Shown piece after piece: positions 1 to 10,131 of a stretch of 64,000 nt of DNA. The DNA comes from Candidatus Dormiibacterota bacterium. Its GTDB lineage: Bacteria > Chloroflexota > Dormibacteria > Aeolococcales > Aeolococcaceae. Location of the stretch: positions 103,798-167,797 of the forward strand of contig CAVQVY010000038.1 of assembly GCA_963717185.1 (NCBI GenBank), read 5' to 3'. The notes under the pieces were generated by a model that searched no databases, had not been told where the DNA came from, and was given only the letters and a program-made list of their open reading frames with translations. The translations under genes were made by a program, and so were the position numbers. The number at the start of each line of letters is the position of its first letter. Position 1 is the stretch's first letter.

Positions 1-269
1 TGCTGATGTACTTCAGGGTGCAGCCGCCGAGGACCTTCTTCTGGTTCGCCTGCTCGACAGCCAGCTGGGCTGCGTACGCGGGGAACGGTCCGTCGGTGGC
101 GTCTCCGCCGGTCAGGGGGAGGTCGGTCGCCACCGAGACGGTGCCGGTGCACCCGGCGATCCCTGCGCCTCCACTGCTGCTGCTGGTCGTGTTGTTCGAG
201 GTGCCGCATGCCGACAGGGCGATCAGCCCCATGGCCCCCGCGATGGGCAGCAGCCGTTTGGACAAGCTC
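1..269 (-). CDS. ABC transporter substrate-binding lipoprotein (branched-chain amino acid binding family, type 1 periplasmic binding fold); N-terminal part only, gene runs off the window start
   Basis: Minus-strand translation from ATG (rc of 267-269) gives MSLSKRLLPIAGAMGLIALSACGTSNNTTSSSSGGAGIAGCTGTVSVATDLPLTGGDATDGPFPAYAAQLAVEQANQKKVLGGCTLKYIS. It has a signal peptide with lipobox LSAC, a low-complexity S/G linker, then a LivJ-like DLPLTG...AVEQAN motif. This frame is not in the supplied ORF track because it is truncated by the window edge. Confidence 0.55.
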
Positions 270-440
270 ATGAAACTCTCCCCGGAGTGGACTGTTGACT
301 AGGTGTGCTTATCTACACGTCACCGTAGGTCACTGTCAAACGCGACAGCGACCGAGTCGCGGGTACGACGCGTCAAACGCTGCGGCTCACATGAAGGATT
401 GCAAAGTGATGTTCAGAGATGGCGTAGCCCGGCCACGCTG

Positions 441-1106
441 ATGGCGGCAATTGTTGCGTCTGCAGTCAGCGTCATCTTCGCCTGGGTGGTTTTCACCCGG
501 TTCACGCTGACTGGCAGGCCGGCGTTCGCCGCCTGGACCGCCGGGCTCCTCATCTTTGCCGCTGCGGCGGCGTGCCAGGCGGCCGGGGAACGAGCCGGCT
601 TCGACGCGCCGCTCTTCCGAGCCTTCTACCTGCTCGGTGGGGTCCTCGGCGTGATCTGGCTGTCGATGGGCACCCTCTTCCTGCTGGCCCCACGCCGGGT
701 GGCGCGCACCGCGACCCTTGTCCTGGCGGTGCTGACCATCGCGCTCGCCGTCGACGCCGCGGTGGTGCAGGTCGACACCGCGCGCCTGGCCACCACCGCA
801 GGCGTCCTCGGTGACGCCATCTCGGGCGGGTCGCCTCTGCAGTTGGGGGCCGTGGTCCTCAACATCCTGGGCACGCTGGTGCTGGTCGGCGGGTCGGCAT
901 GGTCGGCGTACCGGCTGATCCGCGACCGAGGCGGGGTCGACCGGGTGATCTGCAACGTCCTGTTGACGATCGGGGCCTTCGTGATCGCCGCCGGCTTCAG
1001 CGCCGCGAAGCTGGCCGGTGGGTCGCTGGACACTCTCGGTGTCTACGAGGCGATCGGGATAGCGGTGATGTTCGCCGGCTTCCTGAGCATCGGGCGGTTT
1101 CGCTAG
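441..1106 (+). CDS. hypothetical polytopic membrane protein
   Basis: ORF 303-1106 in the plus frame. From MAAIVASAVSVIF onward there are at least 6 hydrophobic helices and GC3-rich codons. The overlapping 426-aa minus-strand ORF is Arg/Pro-rich junk typical of a wrong frame. No family assignment. Confidence 0.4.
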   Translation: MAAIVASAVSVIFAWVVFTRFTLTGRPAFAAWTAGLLIFAAAAACQAAGERAGFDAPLFRAFYLLGGVLGVIWLSMGTLFLLAPRRVARTATLVLAVLTIALAVDAAVVQVDTARLATTAGVLGDAISGGSPLQLGAVVLNILGTLVLVGGSAWSAYRLIRDRGGVDRVICNVLLTIGAFVIAAGFSAAKLAGGSLDTLGVYEAIGIAVMFAGFLSIGRFR

Positions 1107-1224
1107 CGGTTCATGCCGAAAAGGCGGTGCGGGGCTGTCACAGCCGGATGCCGAGGTCACGCGGTACGCTGTTCTCCGGCCGCGCAAACCGGAGCCCGCG
1201 GACCCATGAGGCAGGAGGAACGCG

Positions 1225-2538
1225 GTGACCGACCTTGCCGTTCGGCACGGTGAGAGCGCGGGGGTGTGGCGGGAGCGCGATGCCGAGCTGATCTCGCCCG
1301 CGTACTCCCGATACACCGACCTGGTCGTCGACCACGCGTTGGGTGCGCACCTGTACACCGTCGACGGGCGTGACGTGCTCGACTTCGGGTGTGGCATCGG
1401 CGTCACCAACCTGGGCCACCTCCACCCTGCGGTGGTGCGGGCGGTGCACGAGCAGGTGGACAGGCTGTGGCACACGTCGGTGACCACGCTGAGCCCAAGG
1501 ATGATCGAAGCCGCCGCGGCGCTGGTCTCGATCACCCCTGAGGGGCTCGACCAGGTCTTCCTCAACAACAGCGGCGCCGAGGCCGTCGAGACCAGCATCA
1601 AGCTGGCGCGACGCAGCACCGGCCGGACCGAGGTCATCGCCTTCACCGGCGGTTTCCACGGCCGCACCTACGGGGCGATCACGCTGACCGCGAGCAAGGC
1701 GAAGTACCGCGAGGGCATGGGCCCGTTTCTCCCCGGTGTGCACCACGTTCGCTACCCGCACTGCTTCCGCTACTGCGACCACGGTGCCGACGAACCCTGC
1801 CCCATCGCACGTGGCGACGAGATCGAGCACCTGTTCAAGACAACGGTCCCGAGCGACACGGTCGCCGCCATCGTCGTGGAGCCGCTGCAGGGGGAGGGGG
1901 GATTCGTGGTGCCCCCACCGGCGTTCCTGCCCCGCCTGCGCGAGATCTGCGACCAGCACGGCATCCTGCTGGTCTGCGACGAGGTGCAGAGTGGCTTCGG
2001 CCGCACTGGGCGCTTCTTCTGCGTCGAGCACAGCGGAGTCCGGCCCGACATCCTGTGCGTGGCCAAGGCCTTCGGCAACGGGCTGCCGATCGCGGGGATC
2101 GTGGCCACACCCTCGGTGATGTCGGCGTGGAACCCCGGTGAGCACGGCACCACCTTCGGGGGCAACGCGGTCGCATGCGCCGCCGCGGTCGCGGTGATCG
2201 AGACCATGCGCGCAGAGCGCATCCCGGAGCGCGCCGCCGCCCTGGGCAAGCGTGTGATGGACAGGCTGCGCGGCTGGGCTGACCGGTTCCCCGAGGCTGG
2301 CGATGTGCGCGGGCTGGGGTTGATGATCGGGATCGAGTTCATGCGCGGCAGCAGCCCGGCGCCAGATGTCGCCGCCACCGTGCAGCGGCTCTGCGTCGAC
2401 AATGACCTCCTCGTGCTCACCTGCGGCATCGACGACAACGTCATCCGCCTGCTGCCGCCGCTCACCATCGGCGAGGACGAGCTCGAGCGCGGCGTCGACA
2501 TCCTCGAACGGTGTGTGGCTGAGGCGGTGGCACGATGA
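1225..2538 (+). CDS. class III (omega) aminotransferase, PLP-dependent (GabT/4-aminobutyrate aminotransferase-like)
   Basis: 437 aa. Carries [32 protein letters not shown] and the [18 protein letters not shown]-lysine region typical of aminotransferase class III. RBS aggagg 8 nt upstream. Confidence 0.85.
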   Translation: MTDLAVRHGESAGVWRERDAELISPAYSRYTDLVVDHALGAHLYTVDGRDVLDFGCGIGVTNLGHLHPAVVRAVHEQVDRLWHTSVTTLSPRMIEAAAALVSITPEGLDQVFLNNSGAEAVETSIKLARRSTGRTEVIAFTGGFHGRTYGAITLTASKAKYREGMGPFLPGVHHVRYPHCFRYCDHGADEPCPIARGDEIEHLFKTTVPSDTVAAIVVEPLQGEGGFVVPPPAFLPRLREICDQHGILLVCDEVQSGFGRTGRFFCVEHSGVRPDILCVAKAFGNGLPIAGIVATPSVMSAWNPGEHGTTFGGNAVACAAAVAVIETMRAERIPERAAALGKRVMDRLRGWADRFPEAGDVRGLGLMIGIEFMRGSSPAPDVAATVQRLCVDNDLLVLTCGIDDNVIRLLPPLTIGEDELERGVDILERCVAEAVAR

Positions 2539-4040
2539 TCAGCGAGCGCGAGGCGGTGCACACCGGCAACCTCATCGGCGGTGAGCGCCGCGAGGCAGCG
2601 AGTGGCCGCACCTTCGAGTCGCGCAACCCCGCCCGGCACGCGGAGGTCATCGGGATATTCCCGCAGAGCTCCGCGGCGGACGTCGACGCGGCGGTCGCGG
2701 CCGCGCAGCGCGCGCTGCGTGACTGGCGATCGACGCCATGGCCACGGCGTGGCGAGGTCATCCTCGCAGCGGCGACCATCATGGAGCGGCGCAAGGAGGA
2801 GCTCGCCCGGCTGATGACCCGTGAGATGGGCAAGGTGCTCACCGAGGCCCGCGGCGACGTGCAGGAAGCCATCGACATGGGCAAGTTCATCGCTGGTGAG
2901 GGTCGTCGCGCGTTCGGGGAGACGGTGCCGAGCGAGCTGCGCAACAAGTGGGCGATGACCATGCGCCAACCGCTCGGGGTGATCGGCTGCGTAACTCCAT
3001 GGAACTTCCCGATCGCGATCCCCTCATGGAAGATCTTCCCCGCGGTGATGGCCGGGAACACGGTGGTGTTCAAACCGGCCGAGGACACCCCGCTGTGCGC
3101 GCTGCGCTTCGTGGAGATCCTCGAGGAGGCCGGGCTTCCCGCCGGGGTGGTCAACGTCGTGTTCGGCAACGAGGAGGCGGGCGAGGCCGTCGTCCGTCAC
3201 ACCGGCACCGTCGGGATCTTCTTCACGGGCAGCGCGGACACCGGCCGGCTGATCGCAGCCACGTGCGGGTCGATGCTCAAGAAGGTGTCGCTGGAGCTCG
3301 GCGGCAAGAACGGCATCGTGGTCATGGACGACGCCGACCTCGAGCTGGCTGTCGAGGGCGCGTTGTGGGGCGCGTTCGGCACCGCCGGGCAGCGCTGCAC
3401 GGCATCGTCGCGGCTGATCGTGCAGAGGCAGGTGCTCGGCGACTTCACGGACGCCCTGGTGGAGCGGACGCGCGCGCTGCGGCTGGGCGACGGGCTCGAG
3501 GACGGCATCGACGTGGGACCGGTCATCAACGAGACGCAGCTGCATCGCATCCATGAGTACACCGAGATCGGTGTCCAGGAGGGTGCGCAGCTCCTCGCCG
3601 GCGGGGAGGTGGCCCAGGACGGCGACCTTGCGCAGGGGTTCTTCTACACCCCCACCGTGTTCGGTGACGTGAGCCCTTCGATGCGCATCGCCCAGGAGGA
3701 GATCTTCGGTCCCACCACCGCCATCCTGCCGGTCGACTCACTCGACGAGGCTCTCGCCGCCGCCAACTCCACCCAGTTCGGGCTGAGCCTCAGCATCTAC
3801 ACCAACGACCTGCGCCACGCGTTCAGGGCCATCCACGAGCTCGAGTCAGGGATCGTCTACGTCAACGCACCGACCATCGGCGCGGAGATCCAGCTTCCGT
3901 TCGGGGGCACCAAGAACACCGGCAACGGCCACCGCGAGGCGGGGGGCCACGTGCTCGACGAGTTCAGCGAGTGGAAGTCGATCTACATCGACTACAGCGG
4001 GCGCCTGCAGCGCGCGCAGATCGACACCGACGAACTGTAG
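2535..4040 (+). CDS. NAD(P)-dependent aldehyde dehydrogenase
   Basis: 501 aa. Carries [16 protein letters not shown], the catalytic ELGGKN...GQRCTA region and the EEIFGP motif. The ATGA start overlaps the stop of the upstream aminotransferase. Confidence 0.85.
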   Translation: MISEREAVHTGNLIGGERREAASGRTFESRNPARHAEVIGIFPQSSAADVDAAVAAAQRALRDWRSTPWPRRGEVILAAATIMERRKEELARLMTREMGKVLTEARGDVQEAIDMGKFIAGEGRRAFGETVPSELRNKWAMTMRQPLGVIGCVTPWNFPIAIPSWKIFPAVMAGNTVVFKPAEDTPLCALRFVEILEEAGLPAGVVNVVFGNEEAGEAVVRHTGTVGIFFTGSADTGRLIAATCGSMLKKVSLELGGKNGIVVMDDADLELAVEGALWGAFGTAGQRCTASSRLIVQRQVLGDFTDALVERTRALRLGDGLEDGIDVGPVINETQLHRIHEYTEIGVQEGAQLLAGGEVAQDGDLAQGFFYTPTVFGDVSPSMRIAQEEIFGPTTAILPVDSLDEALAAANSTQFGLSLSIYTNDLRHAFRAIHELESGIVYVNAPTIGAEIQLPFGGTKNTGNGHREAGGHVLDEFSEWKSIYIDYSGRLQRAQIDTDEL

Positions 4041-4049
4041 GCAGCACGC

Positions 4050-4904
4050 GTGACGCAGCTCGAGGAACGCTTCATCACCCACGCGGGCGCGACGGTCCGC
4101 TACCTGGTCGGTGGTGAGGGCCCGCCGCTGGTGCTGTGCCACGGCTTCATCGGCTCGGCCGAGAACTTCGAGACGTGGTTTGATGATTTGGCGCGCATCC
4201 GCACCCTGGTGATCCCGGACCTGCCGGGCTGCGGGGCGTCGGCACCGCTGCGCGAGGGGCGCCACACCGCGGGCGCGCTAGCGGGTGCCGTGGAGGCGGT
4301 GTGCTACAACGCCGGCGCCGCCCATTACGACCTCGGCGGGCTGTGTCTTGGATCGTCGGTGGCGATGGCCATGCTCGAGCGACGTCCGCGCGGCGTCGAC
4401 AGGCTGTTGCTGCACACGCCTCTGCTCGCCCCCGCCCTGGTGCGCCGCCGCTTCCACATGCAGGTGCGCGCCTTCATGGCGCCCGGGGTCTTCCCGGCGA
4501 TCTCCTGGTTGAGCCGCCAGCGCGTGGTCAGCGACCTGTACAAACGCCTCCTCGTCGAGGGGGACAACGTGGACAGCGCTGCCGCCGAGATGAACTTCCG
4601 CAACCAGCTCCGCGCCGACCCGCGAGCCCTGCGGGAATGGGTCCTCGACGGCCTGGTCCGCGACGACGTCGCCTCACTGCGCGCCTTCGGGAGACCGGCG
4701 CTGATCATCGTGGCCTCCGACGACCGCATCGTGGACGTGCCGCTGCTGCGCCGGACCGTGGCCACCATGAACCACGTGCAGCTCGCCTCCGTGGCCGACG
4801 CCGGCCACGGCTGGACGGAGACGTACGTGCGCCGGCAGCTCGAGCTCATCTCCGCTTTCCTGCTCGACCAACCGCTTCCGGCTGCCGTCGCCCAGGTCGC
4901 CTAG
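4050..4904 (+). CDS. alpha/beta-fold hydrolase
   Basis: 284 aa. Has an HGF oxyanion-hole start (VLCHGFIGSAENF) and a nucleophile-elbow-like GLCLGSSVA. Only 9 nt after the ALDH stop. Confidence 0.65.
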   Translation: MTQLEERFITHAGATVRYLVGGEGPPLVLCHGFIGSAENFETWFDDLARIRTLVIPDLPGCGASAPLREGRHTAGALAGAVEAVCYNAGAAHYDLGGLCLGSSVAMAMLERRPRGVDRLLLHTPLLAPALVRRRFHMQVRAFMAPGVFPAISWLSRQRVVSDLYKRLLVEGDNVDSAAAEMNFRNQLRADPRALREWVLDGLVRDDVASLRAFGRPALIIVASDDRIVDVPLLRRTVATMNHVQLASVADAGHGWTETYVRRQLELISAFLLDQPLPAAVAQVA

Positions 4905-4907
4905 TCG

Positions 4908-6056
4908 ATGGCCGGACTGCCGTCGAGCGCCGAGTGCGTGATCATCGGCGGCGGCGTGGTCGGCTGCAGCCTCGCCTACCACCTCTCACTCGCCGGGATG
5001 CGACCGCTCCTCCTCGAGCGGGGTGATTTCGGCGCCGGGTCGACCGCACGCGGAGCCGGTGGGGTTCGCCAGCAGTTCTCCACCGAGATCAACGTGCGTG
5101 TCGGCATGCTCAGCCGCCGGCTTCTCGCGGACTTCGAGGAGGAGGTCGGGGCCACAGCCGACCTCCGCTCGATCGGCTACCTCTTCGTTGCCAGCACCGC
5201 CGAGCACATGGACCGGCTCGAACGAAACGTGGCCATGCAGCACGCCGTCGGGCTCAGCGACGTGCGCCTGCTCACGTGCGACGAGGTGGCCGCCCTGGTG
5301 CCACAGCTCAACGTCGACGACGTCCGCGGCGGCAGCTTCTGTCCCAGCGACGGGATCGCCGGTCCCAACGAGGTCACCTCGGGGTACGTGGCCGCCGCGC
5401 GCCGCCGCGGCGCCCAGGTGGTGGAGGGTGTGAGCGTCGACGGCATCGAGCGCAACGGCGACGCGGTGATGGCAGTGGTGGCCGCGGGGACGCGGATCCC
5501 CACGCCGATGGTGGTGAACTGTGCCGGGCCCTACGCGGCGGCGGTCGCGGCACTGGCCCGGGTCGACGTGCCGGTGAGGCCGTTCCGCCGTCACCTGTTC
5601 CTGACCGAGACGTTCGCGCTCGACCGCGAGCCGCCCATGACGGTCGACATGGCGACGTCCTTCTACTTCCACCCCGAGGGCGACGGGTTCCTGTTGGGGA
5701 TGAGCGACCCCGCCGAGCCCTCCTCGTTCGATACCACCGTCGACTGGGGTTTCCTCGAGCACCTTGTCGAGCACGCCACCCACCGGCTGCCCGCCCTGGA
5801 GCGCGCCGCCATCAAGACCGGCTGGGCGGGCCTGTACGAGGTCTCACCGGACAACCAGGCGATCGTCGGTGAGTCCGAGCTCGCCGGGTTCTGGCTCTGC
5901 TGCGGCTTCAGTGGTCACGGGTTCATGCAGGCGCCGGCGGTGGGCCGGCTTCTCGCCGCCGAGATCACCGGCGCGAGCAGCGAGATCGACCTCACACCGT
6001 TTCGTCCCGACCGTTTCTCCCATGGCGGGAGCACACCTGAGGTCTCGGTGATCTGA
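4908..6056 (+). CDS. FAD-dependent oxidoreductase (DAO family; glycine/sarcosine/D-amino-acid oxidase-like)
   Basis: 382 aa. N-terminal Rossmann motif VIIGGGVVGCSLAYHLS; C-terminal GHGFMQAPAVGRLLAE typical of the DAO family. 3 nt after the hydrolase stop. Confidence 0.75.
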   Translation: MAGLPSSAECVIIGGGVVGCSLAYHLSLAGMRPLLLERGDFGAGSTARGAGGVRQQFSTEINVRVGMLSRRLLADFEEEVGATADLRSIGYLFVASTAEHMDRLERNVAMQHAVGLSDVRLLTCDEVAALVPQLNVDDVRGGSFCPSDGIAGPNEVTSGYVAAARRRGAQVVEGVSVDGIERNGDAVMAVVAAGTRIPTPMVVNCAGPYAAAVAALARVDVPVRPFRRHLFLTETFALDREPPMTVDMATSFYFHPEGDGFLLGMSDPAEPSSFDTTVDWGFLEHLVEHATHRLPALERAAIKTGWAGLYEVSPDNQAIVGESELAGFWLCCGFSGHGFMQAPAVGRLLAAEITGASSEIDLTPFRPDRFSHGGSTPEVSVI

Positions 6057-6063
6057 GCCCGGC

Positions 6064-6267
6064 TCAGGCGCTGCGCCGCCTCGCGAAGTTGGCGCCGACG
6101 AAACAGAGGATCCCCAGCACGGCGGAGAGGATCGCGTGCTTGTAGTGGATCGTGACGTCGCTGGCCAGCAAGCCGGTCTTGGTGGTGGCGTAGAAGATCG
6201 CGACCGCGATGAAGAACACACCCAGGAGGGCGAGGAGGATGGCGGGAAGCGAGGATCGAGAATTCAT
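6064..6267 (-). CDS. small 2-TM membrane protein (67 aa), hypothetical
   Basis: MNSRSSLPAILLALLGVFFIAVAIFYATTKTGLLASDVTIHYKHAILSAVLGILCFVGANFARRRSA. Two clean hydrophobic helices and strong GC3 codon bias. Confidence 0.4.
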   Translation of the reverse strand: MNSRSSLPAILLALLGVFFIAVAIFYATTKTGLLASDVTIHYKHAILSAVLGILCFVGANFARRRSA

Positions 6268-6285
6268 GTGGCTCCAGTTTGTATG

Positions 6286-7143
6286 TCAGTGGAGAACGAT
6301 CAGTCCGACCACGCCAAGGGCTGCACAGTAGCCCGCGAACGGGTCGAGGCGTCCGATCTCGAAGTACTTGACGAGCAACCTCGCGCTCGCGTACGCGAGG
6401 ATGCCGGCGACGACGGCGCCCACGGCGTACAGGCCAAGCGGGGCACCACTACCCGGCAGAAGGGGCACCTCGAGGAGCCCGGCGCCGAGGATGATGGGGG
6501 TGGCAAGCAGGAACGCGAACCGCACCGCCTCGGTGTGGCGCAGGCCGGTCACCAGGCCGCCGGCCATGGTCACTCCTGACCGGGAGATGCCGGGCACCAG
6601 CGCCGCCGCCTGGAAGACGCCGACCAGGCCGGCGCGCGTGTAGCTCAGCTCCTCGATGGTGCCGAAGCGCTGCTCTCTGCCCTGCCGTCCCTCGCCACCG
6701 CGGCGTGCCTCCTCGCGCCGGCGCAGCACCTCGGCGCCGGCCAGGATTGCGCCGTTGACGATCAGGAACGCGGCGGCCGTGCGGGGGTGGGCGAACAGCG
6801 ACTTCAGCGGTGTCTCGAGAAGGAACCCGATCACACCCGCGGGGATGGTGCCGACGACCAGGAGGTAGGCCAGGCGCTCATCGGGCGTCACGATGCGTCC
6901 ACGCACCGCCGCGGTGACGAAGCCGCGGACGATCCGCCACCACTGGTCGCGGTAGAGGATCACCAGCGCGAGACCGGTGCCGAGGTGGAGGAGGGTCAGG
7001 AACGGCACGAAGCTCGGCGCGGCCGGGTCAACCCCGAGGTTGAAGAGCGCGGGGACCACCACGGCATGGCCGAGTGAGGACACCGGGAACAGCTCGGTGG
7101 CGCCCTGGAGAGCGGCGAGGAAGATGACAAGGGCTGTGCTCAC
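6286..7143 (-). CDS. uppP: undecaprenyl-diphosphatase
   Basis: The C-terminal 285 aa of the 658-aa minus ORF, from GTG at 7143 (VSTALVIFLAALQGATELFPVSSLGHA...). It contains the PGISRSG motif typical of BacA/UppP. The ORF track extension upstream is out-of-gene junk. Confidence 0.8.
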   Translation of the reverse strand: MSTALVIFLAALQGATELFPVSSLGHAVVVPALFNLGVDPAAPSFVPFLTLLHLGTGLALVILYRDQWWRIVRGFVTAAVRGRIVTPDERLAYLLVVGTIPAGVIGFLLETPLKSLFAHPRTAAAFLIVNGAILAGAEVLRRREEARRGGEGRQGREQRFGTIEELSYTRAGLVGVFQAAALVPGISRSGVTMAGGLVTGLRHTEAVRFAFLLATPIILGAGLLEVPLLPGSGAPLGLYAVGAVVAGILAYASARLLVKYFEIGRLDPFAGYCAALGVVGLIVLH

Positions 7144-7161
7144 GCTCGCCGAGGATAAGCG

Positions 7162-7184
7162 AAGGGGGGACAGGTCCCCCTTCG
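7162..7184. promoter_or_regulatory. inverted repeat AAGGGGGGAC-AG-GTCCCCCTT in the uppP / MFS divergent intergenic region (candidate operator)
   Basis: Near-perfect 9-bp arms centred at about 7173, inside the 100-bp divergent promoter region. This position is unsuitable for a terminator. Confidence 0.25.
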
Positions 7185-7242
7185 GGCAACCCCCCGCCAG
7201 CGGTGTCACCTCCGGCGACGTGAAGTCGCCTGCGGTGACGGC

Positions 7243-8601
7243 ATGATGAAGGCGATGGAAGAGCTTCAGCCGGACGAGCAGCCGGCGCCGCTCATCACCG
7301 CGGCTACGCCGGCGGTGGGGCCGCTGTCCGTGGCCGGCCCGCCGCTGCGTCGGTGGCCTCCGCCCGCCCTGGCGGTCCGGGCGTTCCGCTGGTACTGGAT
7401 CGCGCAGTGGCCGACGCTGCTCGGCACATGGATGCAGGTCGTCGCCCTCGGCTTCCTGGTGTTCGACCTCACCCACAGCACCACGGCCGTGGCCGCGGTC
7501 GCCGCCGCCGACGGGGTGCCCGCGGTCTTCCTGTCGCTGGGCGGCGGTCTGCTCGCCGACCGCCTGCCTCGCCGCCGCATCCTGCTGTTCACGCAGTCCG
7601 TTCTCGGCCTCAGCTCCGGTGCGCTGGCCGTCCTGGCGCTCACCGGCCACGCCGGGTTCTGGTCGATCATCGTCGTGGCCGTCGTGTACGGGTCGGCCGA
7701 CTCCCTCGACCTGCCCACCCGCCAGGCGATGGTTGCCGACCTCGTCCAGCGCGACCTGATCGTCAACGCGGTGGCGCTCAGCTCCACCGCCATGAGCGCG
7801 ACCCGGATCATCGGGCCGTCCATCGCAGGCCTGCTCATCGCCACCGCCGGCCCGGGAGCCTGCTTCGCGGTTCTCTCGGTCGCCTACATCGCCCCGCTCG
7901 CCGTCCTGCTGACCGTCATCCCCGACGTGGCGCCTCTGCCCCGGGCCGCCGGTGCGACGGCGCTCAGCGAGCTCCTCGACGGGGTGCGCACCGCGCGCAG
8001 GGACCCCCTGGTCCGCGGCATCGTGATCGTGTGTGCAGCGCTCGCCTTCTTCGGCGTCTCCTACATGCCGTACCTGCCAGTCCTGGCACGAACACAGCTC
8101 CACGGCGGCGGGGCCGTGCTCGGCCTGCTCTACTCCATCGGTGGCATCGGCGGGGTTGTCGGCGGCGTGGTGATCGCCACCATCGGCAACACGTCCGGCC
8201 GCCGGCGTCTGCTGACCCTTGGTGGCGCGGTGTACGCGGTGAGCCTGTTCGTGGTGGCGCACTCCTCAGTGCTGCCGATCACCCTGGTGGCGCTGGTGGG
8301 AATCAGCTTCTCGTTCCTGGCCATGAACACGTCGATGACCACCCTGCTGCAGACCGACGCCGACCCGAGGCTGCGCGGCCGGCTGCTCGGCATCTACGCC
8401 ATGCTGTTCGCGGGCCTGCAACCCCTCGGCACCGTCATGTACGCCGCGGTCGGGCAGTTTGTGGGCCTTTTCAACGCGATCGGCGTGGGCGCCGTGGTGG
8501 TCGGGGTGGTGTCGATCGCGGTCGCGGTGTCGCCCGGGTTCCGCGCTCGCTTCACCTCCGGCCCCGCTGCGGCGAGCCGGACGGCGAGCAGGCCTGACTA
8601 G
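7243..8601 (+). CDS. MFS transporter (EntS/MFS_3-like, 12 TM)
   Basis: 452 aa. Conserved MFS_3 N-terminus (RAFRWYWIAQWPTLLGTWMQVVALGFLVFDLT) and LLADRLPRRRIL. Divergent from uppP. Confidence 0.8.
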   Translation: MMKAMEELQPDEQPAPLITAATPAVGPLSVAGPPLRRWPPPALAVRAFRWYWIAQWPTLLGTWMQVVALGFLVFDLTHSTTAVAAVAAADGVPAVFLSLGGGLLADRLPRRRILLFTQSVLGLSSGALAVLALTGHAGFWSIIVVAVVYGSADSLDLPTRQAMVADLVQRDLIVNAVALSSTAMSATRIIGPSIAGLLIATAGPGACFAVLSVAYIAPLAVLLTVIPDVAPLPRAAGATALSELLDGVRTARRDPLVRGIVIVCAALAFFGVSYMPYLPVLARTQLHGGGAVLGLLYSIGGIGGVVGGVVIATIGNTSGRRRLLTLGGAVYAVSLFVVAHSSVLPITLVALVGISFSFLAMNTSMTTLLQTDADPRLRGRLLGIYAMLFAGLQPLGTVMYAAVGQFVGLFNAIGVGAVVVGVVSIAVAVSPGFRARFTSGPAAASRTASRPD

Positions 8602-8611
8602 ACTGAGGCGC

Positions 8612-9544
8612 GTGCGCGTCCTCATCGTCCTCTCCGCAGCCGTGCTGTGCGTGGCCTGCGGCAGCGGCACGGCGTCGTCGTCATCGCCGGCGGCACAGGT
8701 CATCGCGACCGTCGGCAGCACCGCGATCACCGCGGATGCGTTCGCCGTGCGCCTGCAGAGCAGCCTGACAGCCGTCGGGCAGGCGGGTGGGCCGTCGAAC
8801 AACGCCGCGATGACGGCACAGGTCCGCGCATCGGTGCTGCGCAGCCTGCTCATCGACACCGTGATCGCGCAGGAGGCGACCGCCGCGGGGGTCGGCGCCA
8901 CCGATGCCGAGGTGCAGGCGCAGGTGAACGCGGACGAGCAGACCGCAGGTGGGCAGACCCAGCTGGAGAGCCAGCTGGCCTCGCTGGGTGGTTCGCTCAC
9001 CCAGCTCCGCGACGAGATCCGCTCGTCGCTCAATGAGCAGAAGCTCGAGGACGTGTTCGCCCAGCAGCGAGCGGCCGAGATCGAGCAGAAGCTGGCCGGC
9101 GGGTCGGTATTCGCCGCCCTGGCAACCCAGTACTCGGACGACACCACCACCGCGCCCAACGGGGGCGCGCTCGGGGCGGTCCCGCGCAGCCAGGTGCAGG
9201 GCGACGATCCCACCTACGCGGCGGCTGTCCTGGCGCTGAAACCCGGACAGCACACCGAGCCCGCCGTGCACGACGCCCAGGGCTACGACATCGTCGAGCT
9301 CGATGCGTCGACGGCATCCACGCTGACCCTGCGTCACATCATCGTGGACGCACCCCAGCCCTACACCGTCAAGGAGCGTCCCGGCTGGTTTGCCGAAGCG
9401 ATCTTCGAATCGCTCGCCCAGGACTGCTCCGCCGGACAGATCCACGTCTACATCACCAACGTCGGCGACGACCCCTGCGCCGCGGCATCCGCGAGCGCCT
9501 CGCCGGGTGGCTCGTCCCTGCCCGCCGCGACGCCCACTCCGTGA
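8612..9544 (+). CDS. lipoprotein peptidyl-prolyl cis-trans isomerase, parvulin type (PrsA/SurA-like)
   Basis: In-frame GTG at 8612 gives VRVLIVLSAAVLCVACGSG, a signal peptide with lipobox. A SurA-N-like region follows, then a parvulin core (KLAGGSVFAALATQYSDDTTTAPNGGALGAVPRSQ...GYDIVEL). Confidence 0.6.
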   Translation: MRVLIVLSAAVLCVACGSGTASSSSPAAQVIATVGSTAITADAFAVRLQSSLTAVGQAGGPSNNAAMTAQVRASVLRSLLIDTVIAQEATAAGVGATDAEVQAQVNADEQTAGGQTQLESQLASLGGSLTQLRDEIRSSLNEQKLEDVFAQQRAAEIEQKLAGGSVFAALATQYSDDTTTAPNGGALGAVPRSQVQGDDPTYAAAVLALKPGQHTEPAVHDAQGYDIVELDASTASTLTLRHIIVDAPQPYTVKERPGWFAEAIFESLAQDCSAGQIHVYITNVGDDPCAAASASASPGGSSLPAATPTP

Positions 9545-10107
9545 GGGCGTTCCTGGCGATCCCGGTGCTGTCGCCCGCGCTCGAGGATTTCGAGGCCCTG
9601 CGCGAACGCATCGTCGCCGAGGTGCCGGCGGTGCGCTGGGCGCCGGCGGGCAGCCCGCACATCACGCTCCACTTCTTCGGCGCCGTGAGCGCGGACCAGG
9701 CCGAACGCGCGCTGGGGGTGCTACGGCCGGTGATCGCCGCACATCCCGCGATGACGCTGCGCCTGCACGGGCTCGGATCATTTCCTCCACGTGGCAACCC
9801 GCGCGTCCTGTGGTGCGGGGTGGACGACGAGAGCGGGACGCTGAACCAGTGCGCTCTCGCGTGCCGCGACGCGCTCGACAAGGCTGCGTTCCAGACCGAG
9901 GAGCGCCCCTACCGCGCGCACTGCACCCTGGGCCGGCCGCGCCTGCCATGGCCGGACGATGCGCGGGAGAGCTGGCGCCGGCTGGCGCACGAGCAGCCGT
10001 GCACGCCGAGCTTCATCGCCGACCGAGCGGTCCTCTACAAGTCGCTGACCGGGTCCGCAGGGGTCAGCCACGTCCCCCGCGACGTGTTGCCCCTGCACGC
10101 GGCCTAG
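9541..10107 (+). CDS. thpR: RNA 2',3'-cyclic phosphodiesterase (2H phosphoesterase, LigT/ThpR)
   Basis: 188 aa with two HxT/S motifs (HITLHFFG and HCTLGR). GTGA overlap with the PPIase stop. Confidence 0.8.
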   Translation: MRAFLAIPVLSPALEDFEALRERIVAEVPAVRWAPAGSPHITLHFFGAVSADQAERALGVLRPVIAAHPAMTLRLHGLGSFPPRGNPRVLWCGVDDESGTLNQCALACRDALDKAAFQTEERPYRAHCTLGRPRLPWPDDARESWRRLAHEQPCTPSFIADRAVLYKSLTGSAGVSHVPRDVLPLHAA

Positions 10108-10131
10108 CGCGCCACCCGACGTACCACCGCA

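Noticed and set aside
387-1667. 426-aa minus ORF, and the similar long minus ORFs at 1770-2969 and 22130-23653
   Set aside because: They are antisense to a membrane protein, the aminotransferase and the PHP/kinase genes respectively. All are R/P/G-rich wrong-frame products.
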